This document shows positions 1 to 12,437 of a DNA stretch of 64,000 bases, piece by piece; the first letter of the stretch is position 1, and each line of letters starts with the position of its first letter. The translations under genes and the position numbers were made by a program. Below the pieces are notes generated by a model. It worked only from the letters and a program-made list of their open reading frames with translations. It was not told the DNA's origin and searched no databases. Source of the stretch: Octopus vulgaris (taxonomy: Eukaryota); NCBI GenBank assembly GCA_951406725.2, contig OX597814.1, positions 56,048,001-56,112,000 on the forward strand. The letters are read 5' to 3'.

Positions 1-73
1 AACTGTAAAGTACTTAATTCTATGGTAATAGTTTAGCTCAACAGGAAAAATAAAACTGTGTAAATGGTATGAC

Positions 74-105
<32 letters not shown>

Positions 106-551
106 GAGGAAGAGATGGAGAGAGAGAGGAGGAAGAGATGGAGAGAGAGAGGATGAAGAGATGGAGAGAGTGAGAGGAGGAAGAGGTGGAGAGAGATAGA
201 GAGAGGAGGAAGAGATGGAGAGAGAGAGAGAGGAGGAAGAGATGGAAAGAGAGAGAGGAGGAAGAGATGGAGAGAGAGAGAGGAGGAAGAGATGGAGAGA
301 GAGAGAGGAGGAAGAGATGGAGAGAGAGAGAGGAGGAAGAGATGGTGAGAGAGAGAGGAGGAAGAGATGGAGAGAGAAAGAGAGGAGGAAGAGATGGAGA
401 GAGAGAGAGGAGGAAGAGATGGTGAGAGAGAGAGGAGGAAGAGATGGAGAGAGAGAGAGAGAGAGGAGGAAGAGATGGAGAGAGAGAGAGGGAGGAGGAA
501 GAGATGGAGAGAGAGAGAGAGGAGGAAGAGATGGAGAGAGAGAGAGAGAGA
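74..551. repeat. Compound (TG)n/(GA)n microsatellite grading into a ~23-27 nt purine-rich minisatellite
   Basis: Repeated unit (GA)nGGAGGAAGAGATG read directly; almost all purine on +. ORFs at 186-580 are artefacts of it. Confidence 0.95.
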
Positions 552-2766
552 TCATTTTAAAAGTTCCTTTTAACAGTTAGAAAAGAATATATGTGTCATC
601 AGTTGGTGTTAAAAGTTCTACATAAGTCAGTAAATAGGAGATGATAGTGATGCTGAGTTAAGTGAGTCCTTCCTAGATCCTTAAAGATTAGTCAGTCAGT
701 GAGCCAATAAGAGGTCCTTCATGATCTCTCAATCTGTTAGAAGTAGCAGTCTGCTCAACCAGAGATGAACTGAGGCTAAACAAAAGCAGCTATTCAATCA
801 AGTACTGTATTAATTTTAATATTTTAAATTGTAAAACTGTCTTTGACACACCTAATAATTGAATGTACTCACAAAAAGATAGCCTTGTTACGAATACTTA
901 CTAGAGCTACAGCTATATTCCATTATATGTCTGAAAGCAAAAATCAATTGATTCATCAAGGATAGGGCATGGTTGAATGCTTTTTTTTAATATTATGTGT
1001 GGATAAAACAAGTACTTTTGATGCAGCAAAGTAGACTTGATGGCTTTATCACCATCATTATCAGTATTATCATTAATATTCTAAGGACAATAAAATGTTT
1101 ATGGACAAGTAGAAATAAATTGATATGGTTTGAATATAATTCTTGTTTCTAACTACTTTCTGTACCCATCATAAGTTTTTGATATAGAAAAACATTTGTT
1201 ATGAAAAATTAATCACTATAGAAACCAATTATTTCTTTTGAAGCTAACAAGTGAAACTGTATATGGTTAGCAGCTCAACCTGCTGGAAATAGAAGTAAAA
1301 TCTCATATTCTATTATTTGGCTAAAGCGGACTTATTGGATGAGATGGTTCTATATGCATTCTGAAAATGAAGATGGGATGATCATGACTGAAATATTTTT
1401 GACCATGGGTCTGCTCTATTAGAGTTTACCCTTAGCTAAACAATGACGTTCCTTCTTCTGAATAAGCACAGGGACAGTATTTATTGAAAGGCTGGCATGA
1501 GATACTGTTGAATGGTTCAAATCCAATGTATGATAGCTGCTGGCACCTATTCTATCAATTCTTTAGATGACCAGCCATTGGCTAATGTAAACTTAGGCAC
1601 ATTATGCTTGAAAAAGAAACACAAAGTTATCATAACTAGAACATCTTTGATATTTGGCCTGCTGGAATAGTACTGATCAAAAAATGCAAGATCAAAAAGT
1701 ACAAGGATAAAAAGTGAAGTCAAGCTAGGAAACTGTTAACTTAGAATAATGATGCATTTTTACTAGAGATAAGGCCAATTTTCATTGGTGAGTTGTATAA
1801 TCAACAGATTAAATCCCAGTAGATGACTGATATTGGCATTTGTTTTATTGACTTGCTGAGACAGAAGAGATGAAGATAACTCAATCAGAATTTGAATTCA
1901 CAACTAAGAGATGAAACTACACTAACAGTTATGAATCCATTCCTTTTATTGTAATTCAATTCAATTCACATCTAGGAAACATTATAAGAATTGACAGCAC
2001 TGTATGTCTGGTATTTTATTTAATTGATCCAGGAAAAATGAAAAACAAAGTTGACCTTGGTGTGATTTGAACTCCAAAATACAAAGGACCATAACTGGAA
2101 ACTAGAGGGACTTTGTCCATTGTTCTTACAATTCTTTTCATTTTATGACTTTGAATTGACAATTCATCTCCAATTTTATTATGTAAATTAAAAAGGAAAT
2201 TAAGGTCAATGATGATATTTCTTGGATCTGACACAAAACTGTTTTTATAAAGGAAACATGGAACTAAGTGCATCAACACCAGTATATTGCCTTGACAATA
2301 GAGAAAAAGCTAGGCTGACTGAGGTGACATTCGAACTTAGAGAAGGGAATTGTTGCTTGAACCCAAGTCAACCCTAATTAAGTAAAATCTATGACCAAAA
2401 GCATTTCAATTATGTCCAACTGTTTTTCTTGCACACTTAACTACATTATCCAGTGTGTCCTTTTATAAGATCACTATCTGATGAGGTGACCATGTAGAAG
2501 CTGCATCATTAACTCAAGAATAAGTGAATTGTTAAACTAGATGCAATGGACCATAATTCTTCTGACTTAATTATTTTTGCTACTCTTATCAGAACCAATA
2601 ATAATATTTCCTTAAATAAGTATTAGATCTTAGATGAGTAAAGATCTTCAGTACATGAACTAGTAGTTGTAAATAATTATTTTAGAGTAGACAGTAGTCT
2701 AACATTTGTCATTGACTTCAATATATCACTGACAGTTGGCATACTTGGTGACTCAGAAGAGTTTAA

Positions 2767-2986
2767 CCCTTTAGCATTCAGACTACTTTGTTAAATTTAA
2801 TGCTTATTTATCCACATCATTTTGAATTGATTATGCACTATCTCATAGCTTTGAGATTTTGATGATGTGATTGTTTGTTTTTAAAATGACATTGTAGCAT
2901 AGGTGTGAGAGGCCAGATCAGGCTGATTTTGAGATAAAAGAGGTAGAATATTTTGACCAGATATGGTTGGTTTAAATGCTAAAGGG
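2767..2986. mobile_element. piggyBac-type MITE
   Basis: TTAA|CCCTTTAGCATT ... AATGCTAAAGGG|TTAA: 12-bp TIRs with CCC/GGG ends and TTAA TSD; related copies at 6158 and 58012. Confidence 0.85.
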
Positions 2987-3289
2987 TTAAAAATAAAGCC
3001 AGGCCCAGTGTGATTTGAACAGAAGACAGTAAGGTCCTGAACTTGACAATGTAAAACATTTATTCAACATTAATTCAGCATATATTCACTTATGTTAAAG
3101 TCAGGCACTTTGCATTCCCTCAGTGTCATAATAATATTTATTAGTCCACATTGGAAGGATGACAGGCTTCTTTGCTATCTAAATGTGTATATGAATGTGC
3201 TATCTTTGCTATCTGAATGTGTATATGTGTATATATGGGCATATCAAAAACTTTTATCATTGAACTATCTAAAGTTTTGTTTCTTTCAG

Positions 3290-3675
3290 TCTATTATCTT
3301 AGGTTTTGTCACTCCACCACCAAATATTTTTGTCATTCTACCATCTAATGTTTTTATCATTACTCCATCTAATATTTTACTTATGCTGTTGTCTAATATT
3401 TTCTAATATGCCTCCTATTATTTAATGTCATTCATTATACCATCTAATATATCAGCCATTACAGTATCTAATGTCTCAGCTATTATATCATCTTATAAAT
3501 GTAACACTACACCATTTTATGTATCAGCCATTATATCATTTAGTATGTCAGATATTTCACCATCTAATAAGTCAATCATTACACCCTTGTTGGTTGCTAC
3601 ACTATCTAATAGATTAGCCACTATGCCAACTAATATGACAGCCATTGCAGTATCTAATATGTCTATCATGATACC
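3290..3675. repeat. Degenerate 24-bp tandem repeat (consensus near CATCTAATATATCAGCCATTACAC)
   Basis: ATCTAAT-like motif recurs every 24 nt; gives 8-aa periodic ORFs (SNISAITV SNVSAIIS ...). Scattered monomers also near 4310-4480, 5100-5160 and 5490-5530. Confidence 0.7.
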
Positions 3676-4023
3676 TTGTCATAGTTTTGCTGCATTAATT
3701 ATTATTGTGTATCAGGCAACAAGAGTGTTATGTGGTCTCATGATCTATAAGAGACAGTTGCCAAATTTCTCCTATCATACACTATTGTTATTAAAGTAAG
3801 TCATATCTGAGGAAAATGGCAGGATTGGTATAGCCCAAATACTGCCTTTTACCAAAGGTCTACTTGAACAGGACCAAAACGACAACAACGACATATCAAA
3901 CATGTCATGTCATTAGCTCATTTTATTTTTAACTATGTAAATTATACAGTCCAAAGACTCTTTCTAACTCTTTCTAAATGTAAAAATCTACATCACCTGA
4001 TCAACAAGCTTGTTTAGACTATC

Positions 4024-4063
4024 CTATGCTGATGAGTTCTTGCAGACTGAAATATGACCATAG
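4024..4063 (+). ncRNA. Degenerate minimal type I hammerhead-like motif
   Basis: CTATG-CTGATGA-G(ttcttgcagac)T-GAAA-TATG-AC-CATAG; stem I CTATG/CATAG pairs, but stem II is weak and the cleavage-site U is replaced by A. Confidence 0.3.
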
Positions 4064-6157
4064 TTGTATTTTTGCTGCAATAGTCAGACTTTCCTTCTCC
4101 TTGGCATGAAAATTAACATTGAGAAATTAATTCTGCATTTCTTGAAATTATCTTCCCTTTTCTCTGTGAGTTTCTAAATAACCATTTATTGCTAAGTTTG
4201 TGTTTTCTTTTTCCAACTTTGAGAGATCTTTTTTCCTTTTTAATTGGTTAAGGATTTTTTTTAGATATATCATTCAGTACATTATCTCTTAATTTAATTA
4301 TCAGCCACTTCATTGTCTAATATGTATGCCTCTCCACCATGTAATCTCTTTATCATTTCCTACAGTATGTGTGGCATTTCCCCATATAGTGTCTGTCATT
4401 CCCTCATCTAATTTGTCTGCCACTGCGCTATTTATTATACCAAACATTCCATTATCTGATATTTATGTCAGAAAACCATCTGAGATATTCCTAAGTTTGG
4501 ATAGGAGTGGGCACAGCAAGGAAGGAAAGTATTTACTTTATTAAAATCATTTCTCAGAATAAAATCATTTACTAAGTCTTAAAAATAACTTTATGGAATA
4601 TTCAGGATCTTTGTTTCAGAAATTACCAGGAACTGTGTTCTCATTCTATTTGAAATGACAGGCTTGTGTGAATCTGAATTCAGTTCTGGGAATTTAGGAA
4701 TAGTCTAAATTCACAGGCAGCCCTGTTGATTGCAAAGAGCAAGAAAGTTCTATAGTTTGATATGAAATCATGAATGAAAAGCAGGAACAAAGAAGTTGCT
4801 AAAATTTATGCTTATAATTGATTTCCCTGTTTATAGTTCTTTTTTGAATGCTCAATTAACATCTGCATTTTATACTCCGAGTCAAAAGCTTAATTTTTAA
4901 GTTCAGTGTGTTCAACCACAGTACTACTGTATGTAGTATAATTTTTAAAAAATAAATTGCATATTCAAAACTTGAGTTTTCATTTTACATGATACTACTT
5001 CTGTAAGGAGTATGAAAATTAACCAAATATGTTGGGTGGGTGAGGGGCGTATAAGAAAGGTTGGAAACTGCAGATCTAATGTTTCTACCACTCCACTGCT
5101 TGATATTTATATCACTTCACCCATCTAATATTTACTTCACTTCATTATCTAATATACAGGTCCCTAACAACCAGGCTACATACCAGTACTGGATCATGGA
5201 TCATTTGGCACCAAGCCACACAGAAAGAATACATTTCTTAATTTTATTTCTATTTTATTGACTATCACAGTCTGTAGGGTGTTTTTGCATTATATATGTA
5301 TGTATATGTTAATAATTAAATTATATATTATACACTTTATTGTGTTTTGTTATGCACATAATCCCCCCGGTCTGTCAAAAAACTGTCTTGCATGAAACTA
5401 GTCCATGGTTCAAAAAGAAAAAAGGTTTGGGACTATTGATCTAATTAATAAATCAGCCATTCATAAACTCTATGCTTCTGTTTCTCTACTATCTAATATT
5501 TCTCTGCTACTCTATCTGCAACTAATATGGCAAAATCTTGAATCAGAGGATTGCATTAGCAAAAATAATCCTAGAGGAAGTGTGGTAGTTCAAATAATTA
5601 TAGTTACCATGAGGGATAGATGTGTAACATTAGGCCTTTTACAGAAGAAAAGAAGAGAGTTCTGACTACTTCCAGATAAATTTCGGCTACAACACATACA
5701 TCTCTCATATCTTCTCTTTGATAAAATACCTGTAGCCTGAAACAGTGGACCTCTTTCTTCCTTATGCTTAAACTTACCACACCAGCTATTTTCTCTGCCG
5801 TTTCCCTCTCTAATAACTCTGCCACTTTATTACTACCTTTTTTTTTACCAACCCAGGAAGTATGAAAGACAAAAACAAACTTAGCAGGATTTGAAATCAC
5901 AACATAAATAGATTAACTAGATACTGCATGATATTTAGTGCGCTTTTCTGTCAGTGCTGTTACTCAGCACCCTACAACAACAACAACAACAACAATAATA
6001 ATAGTTTCTGATTTAGGCACATGGCCAGCAATTTTGTGATAGTCAATTACATTGACCCAAATACTTGATGACAGTTAAAGTTGCCCTTGGCAAGATTTGA
6101 ATTCAGAATGTAAAGAGCCAGAAGAGATAGTGTGATATATTTTCACCAATACTTTAA

Positions 6158-6329
6158 CCCCTTTTATGTTCAAACCGGTCAGATGTGGCCTCTCACACAT
6201 ACAGTGTCATTCTAAAAAGAGACAATCACATCATTGAAATCTTGAAGTTATGGTACAGTGCATGATTAATTTAAAACAATGTGAATAAATAAGCATTACA
6301 TTTGATAGAATAATCTGAATGTTAAAGGG
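6158..6329. mobile_element. piggyBac-type MITE, internally deleted and inverted relative to the 2767 copy, inserted in an old SINE
   Basis: TTAA|CCCC... ...TAAAGGG|TTAA; internal similarity to the reverse complement of 2767-2986. Confidence 0.8.
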
Positions 6330-6448
6330 TTAATGATTCTGCCCATCCACCATTCTGAACAACAGCATCAGTACCTATTATTATTGTTGTTGTTCTTGTT
6401 GTTCCTGTTGCTGCTGCTGCTGTTGTTGTTGTTGTTGTTGTTGTTGTT

Positions 6449-6655
6449 AGCTGGCAGAATTGTTAGCACACCAGGAAAAATGCTTAGCAGCATTTTGTCT
6501 GTCCTTGTGTTCTGAGTTCAAATTCTGCCAAGGTCAACTTTGCCTTTCATCCTTTCAGGGTCAGTAAAATAAGTGGTAGTCCAGTGCTGGGGTTGATGTA
6601 ATCAACTATCCCCCTCCCCCCTATCTCGGGCCTTGTGCCTATAGTAGAGAGGCTT
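6449..6655 (+). mobile_element. tRNA-derived SINE, family A
   Basis: A-box-like TGGCAGAATTG, B-box-like GAGTTCAAATTC, central GTCAACTTTGCCTTTCATCCTTTCAGGGTC domain; many copies in the window. Confidence 0.85.
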
Positions 6656-7080
6656 AGCCCATTTAAGAGTACCCTTCAATTGTCTGGCAATTGGCTCTGC
6701 TTGAGAAGACATGTTGAGTCAAGTAAAATTGTCGTCATGGCCGATGTCAGTACCACCTGACTGGCACCCATGCCAGTGACATGTGAAAAGCACCATATGA
6801 GCTTGGTCGATGCTAGCGCTGCCTGACTGGCTCCCATACCGGTGGCACGTGAAAAGCCCCATTCGAGTGTGGTCAATATCAGTGCTGCCTAATTGGCCCC
6901 CGTGCCAGTGGCACATAAAAAGCACCCACTACTGTCTCGGAGTGGTTGGCATTAGGAAGGGCATCCACTTGTAGAAACCTTGCCAGATCAGATTGGAGCC
7001 TGGTGCAGCCTCTTTGCTTGCCAGTCCTCAGTCAAACTGTTCAACCTATGCCAGCATGGAAAGCGGATGTTAAACGATTA
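6656..7080 (+). mobile_element. 5'-truncated RTE LINE 3' UTR with three 66-nt tandem units
   Basis: Homologous to 56970-57540, which follows an RTE RT C-terminus; ends TAAACGA(TTA)n. Confidence 0.8.
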
Positions 7081-7111
7081 TTATTATTATTATTATTGTT
7101 GTTGTTGTTAA

Positions 7112-7325
7112 GGTGGCAAGCTGGCAGAATCGTTAGCACACTGAGCAAAATGTTTTGCATCATTTCATCTGCCTTTACATTGAGTTCAAATTCCACCGAG
7201 GTCGACTTTGCCTTTTACTCTCTTGGGGTCAATTAAATAAGTACCAGTTATGCACTGGGGATGATGTAATCAACTTGCCCCTCTGCCCAAATTTCAGGCC
7301 TTGTGTCTATAGTAGAAAGGATTAT
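7112..7325 (+). mobile_element. tRNA-derived SINE, family A
   Basis: GGTGGCAAGCTGGCAGAATCGTTAGC ... GAGTTCAAATTCC ... GTCGACTTTGCC ... (ATT)n tail. Confidence 0.9.
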
Positions 7326-7397
7326 TATTATTGTTGTTGTTTCTTTATTACCCACAAAACCCCAAATATTGAATACAAATTACGTTAGACAAAAGGC

Positions 7398-7434
<37 letters not shown>

Positions 7435-7699
7435 ACCACATGCATACATATCCCTATTAAGTTTTCATCTACTGCCCTCTTGCATTATCCTCTTATCTGT
7501 CAGTATTCACTTCTACCACTGTCACTCTTTTTCACTCTACCTCGCTTCTACTAATATCCCTCTATCATTCTATATACTTATGTAGTTTCAGATCTACTCG
7601 TATTCAGCACTCCTTACTCTTACCATTCTTTACCACTAGCCATCACTTATCTTTTTTACTGCATCCTATATTTACCCAGCTTTGATGTACTGGATCATA

Positions 7700-8565
7700 A
7701 TTTCTTATATTGGTACAAAGTTAGAGACTTGTGCAAGTGTGCGACACTCAGGTGAAATAATTTTCAGCACATAACTGGATAACTGGTACTTGTTTTTATC
7801 AACCACAGAGAGATGAGAAACGAACTTAGCTAGAACAGGATTTGAAATTGGAACACAGAGAACTGGAGTTAGTCCAGTGTGATACAGTTTCTGCTGTTAA
7901 GTTACCTTTCTGCATTATAATTGCTACATATACTGGGACAAGGCCACGCATTTATAGTAGTACTAGTATATAGTAAATGGATCCATCCTCATTATATTAC
8001 TGGTACTTGTATCGATCCAGATGAATGAAAGGTAAAGTTGACAACAGCAGGAATTGAAATCAGAATGTATTGGATACTAAAAGTTATTCCGTTTTGCAGC
8101 TTCTCACAAATACTTACAAAAATACCAAGCCTTCTATCTCTAAAAGCAGTGTTAGTTCATGCATAGTGTTTATTATAACTCACATGTATTGGGTTTGGGG
8201 AAATATTTCTTACAAGTTAATTCCAGCACTTGACTGGTACTTTAACTTAGCAACTCTGGAAGGATGAAAGGCAAAGATAACCATAGCAGTATTTGAACAC
8301 AGAAAATTAAGAACTGAAAGAAATATCATGAGGCCAATGTTGTTCTGATTCTATCAATCCATGGGCCAAATAATAATAATTTCTAACTTTGGTTCAAGGC
8401 CAACAATTTTAAGAGGAGGAGGAAGGCAATTACTTATTTTATCGACCCCAAAAAGCTGAAAGGTGAAATTGACCCTAGAAGTATTTGAACTCAGAAAGAT
8501 AAGCCAGAAGAAATACAGCTGAGCATTTTGTCTGACACAGTTATGATTCTGGTGGCTCACCACCT

Positions 8566-8611
<46 letters not shown>

Positions 8612-9925
8612 TGATGTTTCTGATTTAGGCACAAGGCAAAAAATTTTGGTGGAGAGAGTCAATTAAACAGGCCTGAGAACTTGATTGTTGTTATATTTTG
8701 TCAATCCAGAAAGAACGACAAGCAAAGTTAAACTCATTGACATTTGAACTCAGAACATAAATAGCTGTAGATATACCTATTTCTTTATTACCCACAAGGG
8801 GCTAAACACAGAGCGGACAAACAAGGACAGACATAGGTATTAAGTCGATTTCATCGACCCCAGTGCGTAACTGGTACTTAATTTATCGACCCCGAAAGGA
8901 TGAAAGGCAAAGTCGACCTCTAAATAGCTGTAGATATACCACAAGGTATTTTGTCCTGCTCTGTAACAATTTTGTCAACTCACTGCTCTAAATGGTTTGT
9001 AGAGTAGGTGCAAGGCCAGAAATTTAGGGAAGGGGTTTAATTAATCAGATTCATACTAGTACTTGACTGGTACTTTATCTTACTGATTCCCAATGGATAA
9101 AAGGCAAAGTTAACTTCATTTATGCTTGAACTCAGAATATAAAAAAACCCAAAAGTAGTTCCACAAAACATTTTGTTTAACACAGCTTTGATTCTGCAAT
9201 TGTAGTAGTAGTGGTAGCAGTAGTAGTAATGATGATGATGATAACGAATTCTAATTTTGGCACAAGGCCAGCAATTTTGGGGAGGCGTTAAGTTGATGAT
9301 ATCATCCCCAGTGTTTCACTGGTATTTAATTTATTGACCCTGAAAGGAAAAATTGACCTCGGCGGAATTTGAACTCAGAATGCAAAGACGGACAAAATGT
9401 TGCTAAGCATTTTGCCCATTGTGCTAATGATTCTGCCAACTCGCCACCTTAATAATAATAATAATAATAATAATAGTAGTAGTAGTAGTAGTAGTAGTTT
9501 CAAATTTTGGTACAAGGTCAGCAATTTCAGGGGTAGTGTAAATTGATAACATCAACTCTAGCATTTGACTCTGAAAGAATAAAAGGCAAAGCTGATCTCA
9601 GCTAAATAGAACATAAAGATGGACAAAATGCTGCCAAGCATTTTGTCTGGTGTTTTGCCTTTGGTTCCAAGTTTTGGCACAAGGCTAGCAATTTCAGGGA
9701 GTGGGTAAGTTGATTATATAGATCTCAATGCTCAGCTGGATTCATGTTATCAACACCTAATATTACTACTAATAATAATGATATTAATTTTCTACAGAGA
9801 CACAAGGCCTGAAAGTTTGGGAGTGGAAGTTAGTCAATGTTGTTGTCACGGTAGTTGACCAGTGCTTTATCTTATCGATCCTGGTGGGAGTAAAAGTTGC
9901 TCTCAGCAGTATTTGAACTCAAAAC
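7700..9925 (-). mobile_element. Cluster of roughly ten head-to-tail, minus-oriented family A SINE copies and fragments
   Basis: Repeated GGCACAAGGCC...ACTGGTAC...GGCAAAGT...TTTGAACTCAGAA blocks separated by (AAT)n/(AGT)n runs; boundaries approximate. Confidence 0.8.
8778..8920 (-). mobile_element. Young 5'-truncated SINE copy with a 20-bp TSD
   Basis: TAAATAGCTGTAGATATACC occurs exactly at 8758-8777 and 8921-8940; CpGs are retained; tail ...TAGCCCCTTGTGGGTAATAAAGAAATA on the minus strand. Confidence 0.9.
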
Positions 9926-12336
9926 ATAACAATTATAACATTAGTAGTAGCACAGGTAGTGGTGGTGGTGGTGGTGGTGGTGGTGGTGGTGGTGGTGGTG
10001 GTGGTGGTAGTAGTAATAATAGTAGTAAGGATGGTGGTAGTAGTTGTAATAAGAGTAACAAAAGGAATATGAATGTGTTTATTCTTCCAATGTGATATCG
10101 GTGTTTTTTATTTTTTCATCTACTCCAGCCACATGTGACCAGGCTTACTTAAGAAGTATCATCGAATCATAACTAGGTCACTGCTGGATATGGAACAGTT
10201 GTTGGCGTTGCATACTGAATCGAATCAAAAGTTATGTCACAATGCATTTTGATATTTGTAAAAAGCAACACATCAACTTGTTTGTCTATTTTTTTTCCCC
10301 CAAAGCCTAGTTTCACTTTTAAAATGATATCAAGTTAGTAGTTTTTTCTTACCTATGTATTTGTTCTCTCTCTCTCTCTCTCTCTCTCTCCCTCCACCCC
10401 ACATTTCTGTTTTGGAGAGGTACATGTAAAAGGTACAAAATGTGGAAACATTACGAAAAATACCTTATTTTTAATGTGTTCTTTATGCTTGTTCAAAGTA
10501 ATCAATGATTTTTAGCAGGGGTTGGAAAACAACAGCTGGTGACATTTTTTAGGAATTAATATATAATAAAATATTTGAAATATACGTAAATGCTGTATCA
10601 TTATCATACTATACAACAAGACATATTAATGTATTTGCATGTTATAAGAAAAAAACAAAATGACAATAATATATAATTGCATTGTTTTCCTTTTTTTTTG
10701 CTTTTGTTGTAATGAGTTCAATATTTAAATCCTTTTTATTTGTCTTCTTTAATAAAATAATGTGATTTATGAAAAATGTCATGTCACTTAGTCATTTGAT
10801 CAACAATACATACATACACACGTGTGCATACATATATGTGTGTGTGTGTGTGTGTGTGTGTCTGTGTCTGTGTGAGGATATTATGTACAGGTAGATAGAT
10901 AGATGGATAGATGTTCAATAAAATATACAACAGCTGATTGTATAGACCTAACTAATGTTCACTACTGTTACAATATCAATTTATCTCTACACGTGTTTAT
11001 GTATATTTTTTTTGTTTTATTTTATCTTTATTCATTTATTTACTTCTCTTCGGTTGCAATGGATAGTAGAAAACACTACAAAAATATAAATTTAAAATGT
11101 TCACGTTTTGCATGCGGGGGTTAAAAACAGTGGAAATTTGGGGAGTTAATTGTTAAAATATTGAATTATGTGAGCCATGCTGTCTGTTTACCAATTCATC
11201 GCTTTTAATTACTATTCCAATATATGAGAGATTACATTAGGTATTTGTGACAATTTCTCTGCTTCATATACAAGAATCTGTTAGTTGATTCCAGTGAAAT
11301 ATCTTAGCCTGTTAAAGGGATAGCAGTAGCTCTTGTTATTTGTTGCAAATAAGTGTGTATTGCTGCAATATTCCCCGTTACTTGTTGCCTCATAAACATT
11401 GAGTGATGAGGACTTGTATTTTATTTTCTCTGAGAAATTATCAGGTGATGAGCGAATAAATCTAAAAATTTATTAGGAATTTATTACTAAGGCATGTTTA
11501 TGACAGTTGTACATATTTCCCCGAAAGCTTATAGTTTGATTACTTTTCATGGGGAAAAAGGAATGATTTACTTTTAAACTTCAATTATGTAAGAGATTTT
11601 TTTTTTGTGATGTTATTTTTTTTCTAGTTTTTACTACAAGTATATTTTCAGTGTGTAATGGTTTGGTTGTTTCACATAAAATTATTCATTAAGTTGTTTT
11701 GTGTTTCTGTATCTTTATATATGATTCAAGTAGATCTCTGTTTGGACAAAAAAAAAAAAAAGGCCAGACAAAAAGAAAAGAGCCAAAATACCACCTCTAA
11801 ACATTTAAGAATTTTCTAAGTTATACAATTCAAATATATCAGTTTCTAAAGAAAGAAAATAAAATCAAAACAACAAATAATAAACAGAAATACAAAAAGA
11901 AAGCTTTGATGCAAAATAAAAAGAAAACTTGCTGCATTATGTGTACAGGTGTGTGTGTGTATTACATGAATGAATGAAATTGTAAATGTGGAGAAATGTG
12001 TTTGTGTGTGTGTGTGTGTGTATACATATAAGAATATGTGTGTGTGTGTGTGAGTGTTAGTATGTATACATACAACACGCATATGTGTGTGTGTGTGTAT
12101 ATAATATATATATATATATATATAATACATACACACACACATGCACACATACACACATCTCTCTATATACAATGCAACTATATAGATAGGCAACACTAAA
12201 TTGATTTTTGCTTCTCTGAAGCATCTGTGCTGTATATATCTTTCAACTGAATTGCTTTCTTCTCTCTATTAAACTAGTCTTCTAAACCAACTGTGAAATG
12301 CATGCTTTCTATAAACAAAAGAATTAGATATCTAAC

Positions 12337-12437
12337 CTGTGCTGAAATCCGGACCGATTCTGAGGAAATGTAAACATTATCTCATCCTTTTCTTCCTCCA
12401 TTTTGGAAGTATTCTTCGACAGCAATTCTTCATCCAT
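12337..12437 (-). CDS. Candidate first coding exon of an unidentified minus-strand gene (MDEELLSKNTSKMEEEKDEIMFTFPQNRSGFQH+AG)
   Basis: ATG at 12437, 101 nt open, phase-2 donor CAG|GTTAGA; unique sequence retaining CpGs; in-frame stop upstream and no strong acceptor. Confidence 0.5.

Noticed and set aside
186-580. Arg/Glu-rich ORFs
   Set aside because: Translations of the GA-rich repeat in all three frames; no splice or codon evidence.
2478-2510. CTGATGAG hammerhead-like core
   Set aside because: No stem II followed by GAAA and no closing stem.
9862-10095. Poly-Gly ORF
   Set aside because: A (GGT)n microsatellite next to a SINE remnant.
10353-10425. Minus-strand mini-ORF ending at AG|GTAAG
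   Set aside because: Runs through a (GA)n microsatellite and ends in phase 1, unlike the other candidate exons.
11402-11433. C/D-box-like GTGATGA...CTGA
   Set aside because: Only ~30 nt between boxes and no terminal stem; too short for a snoRNA.
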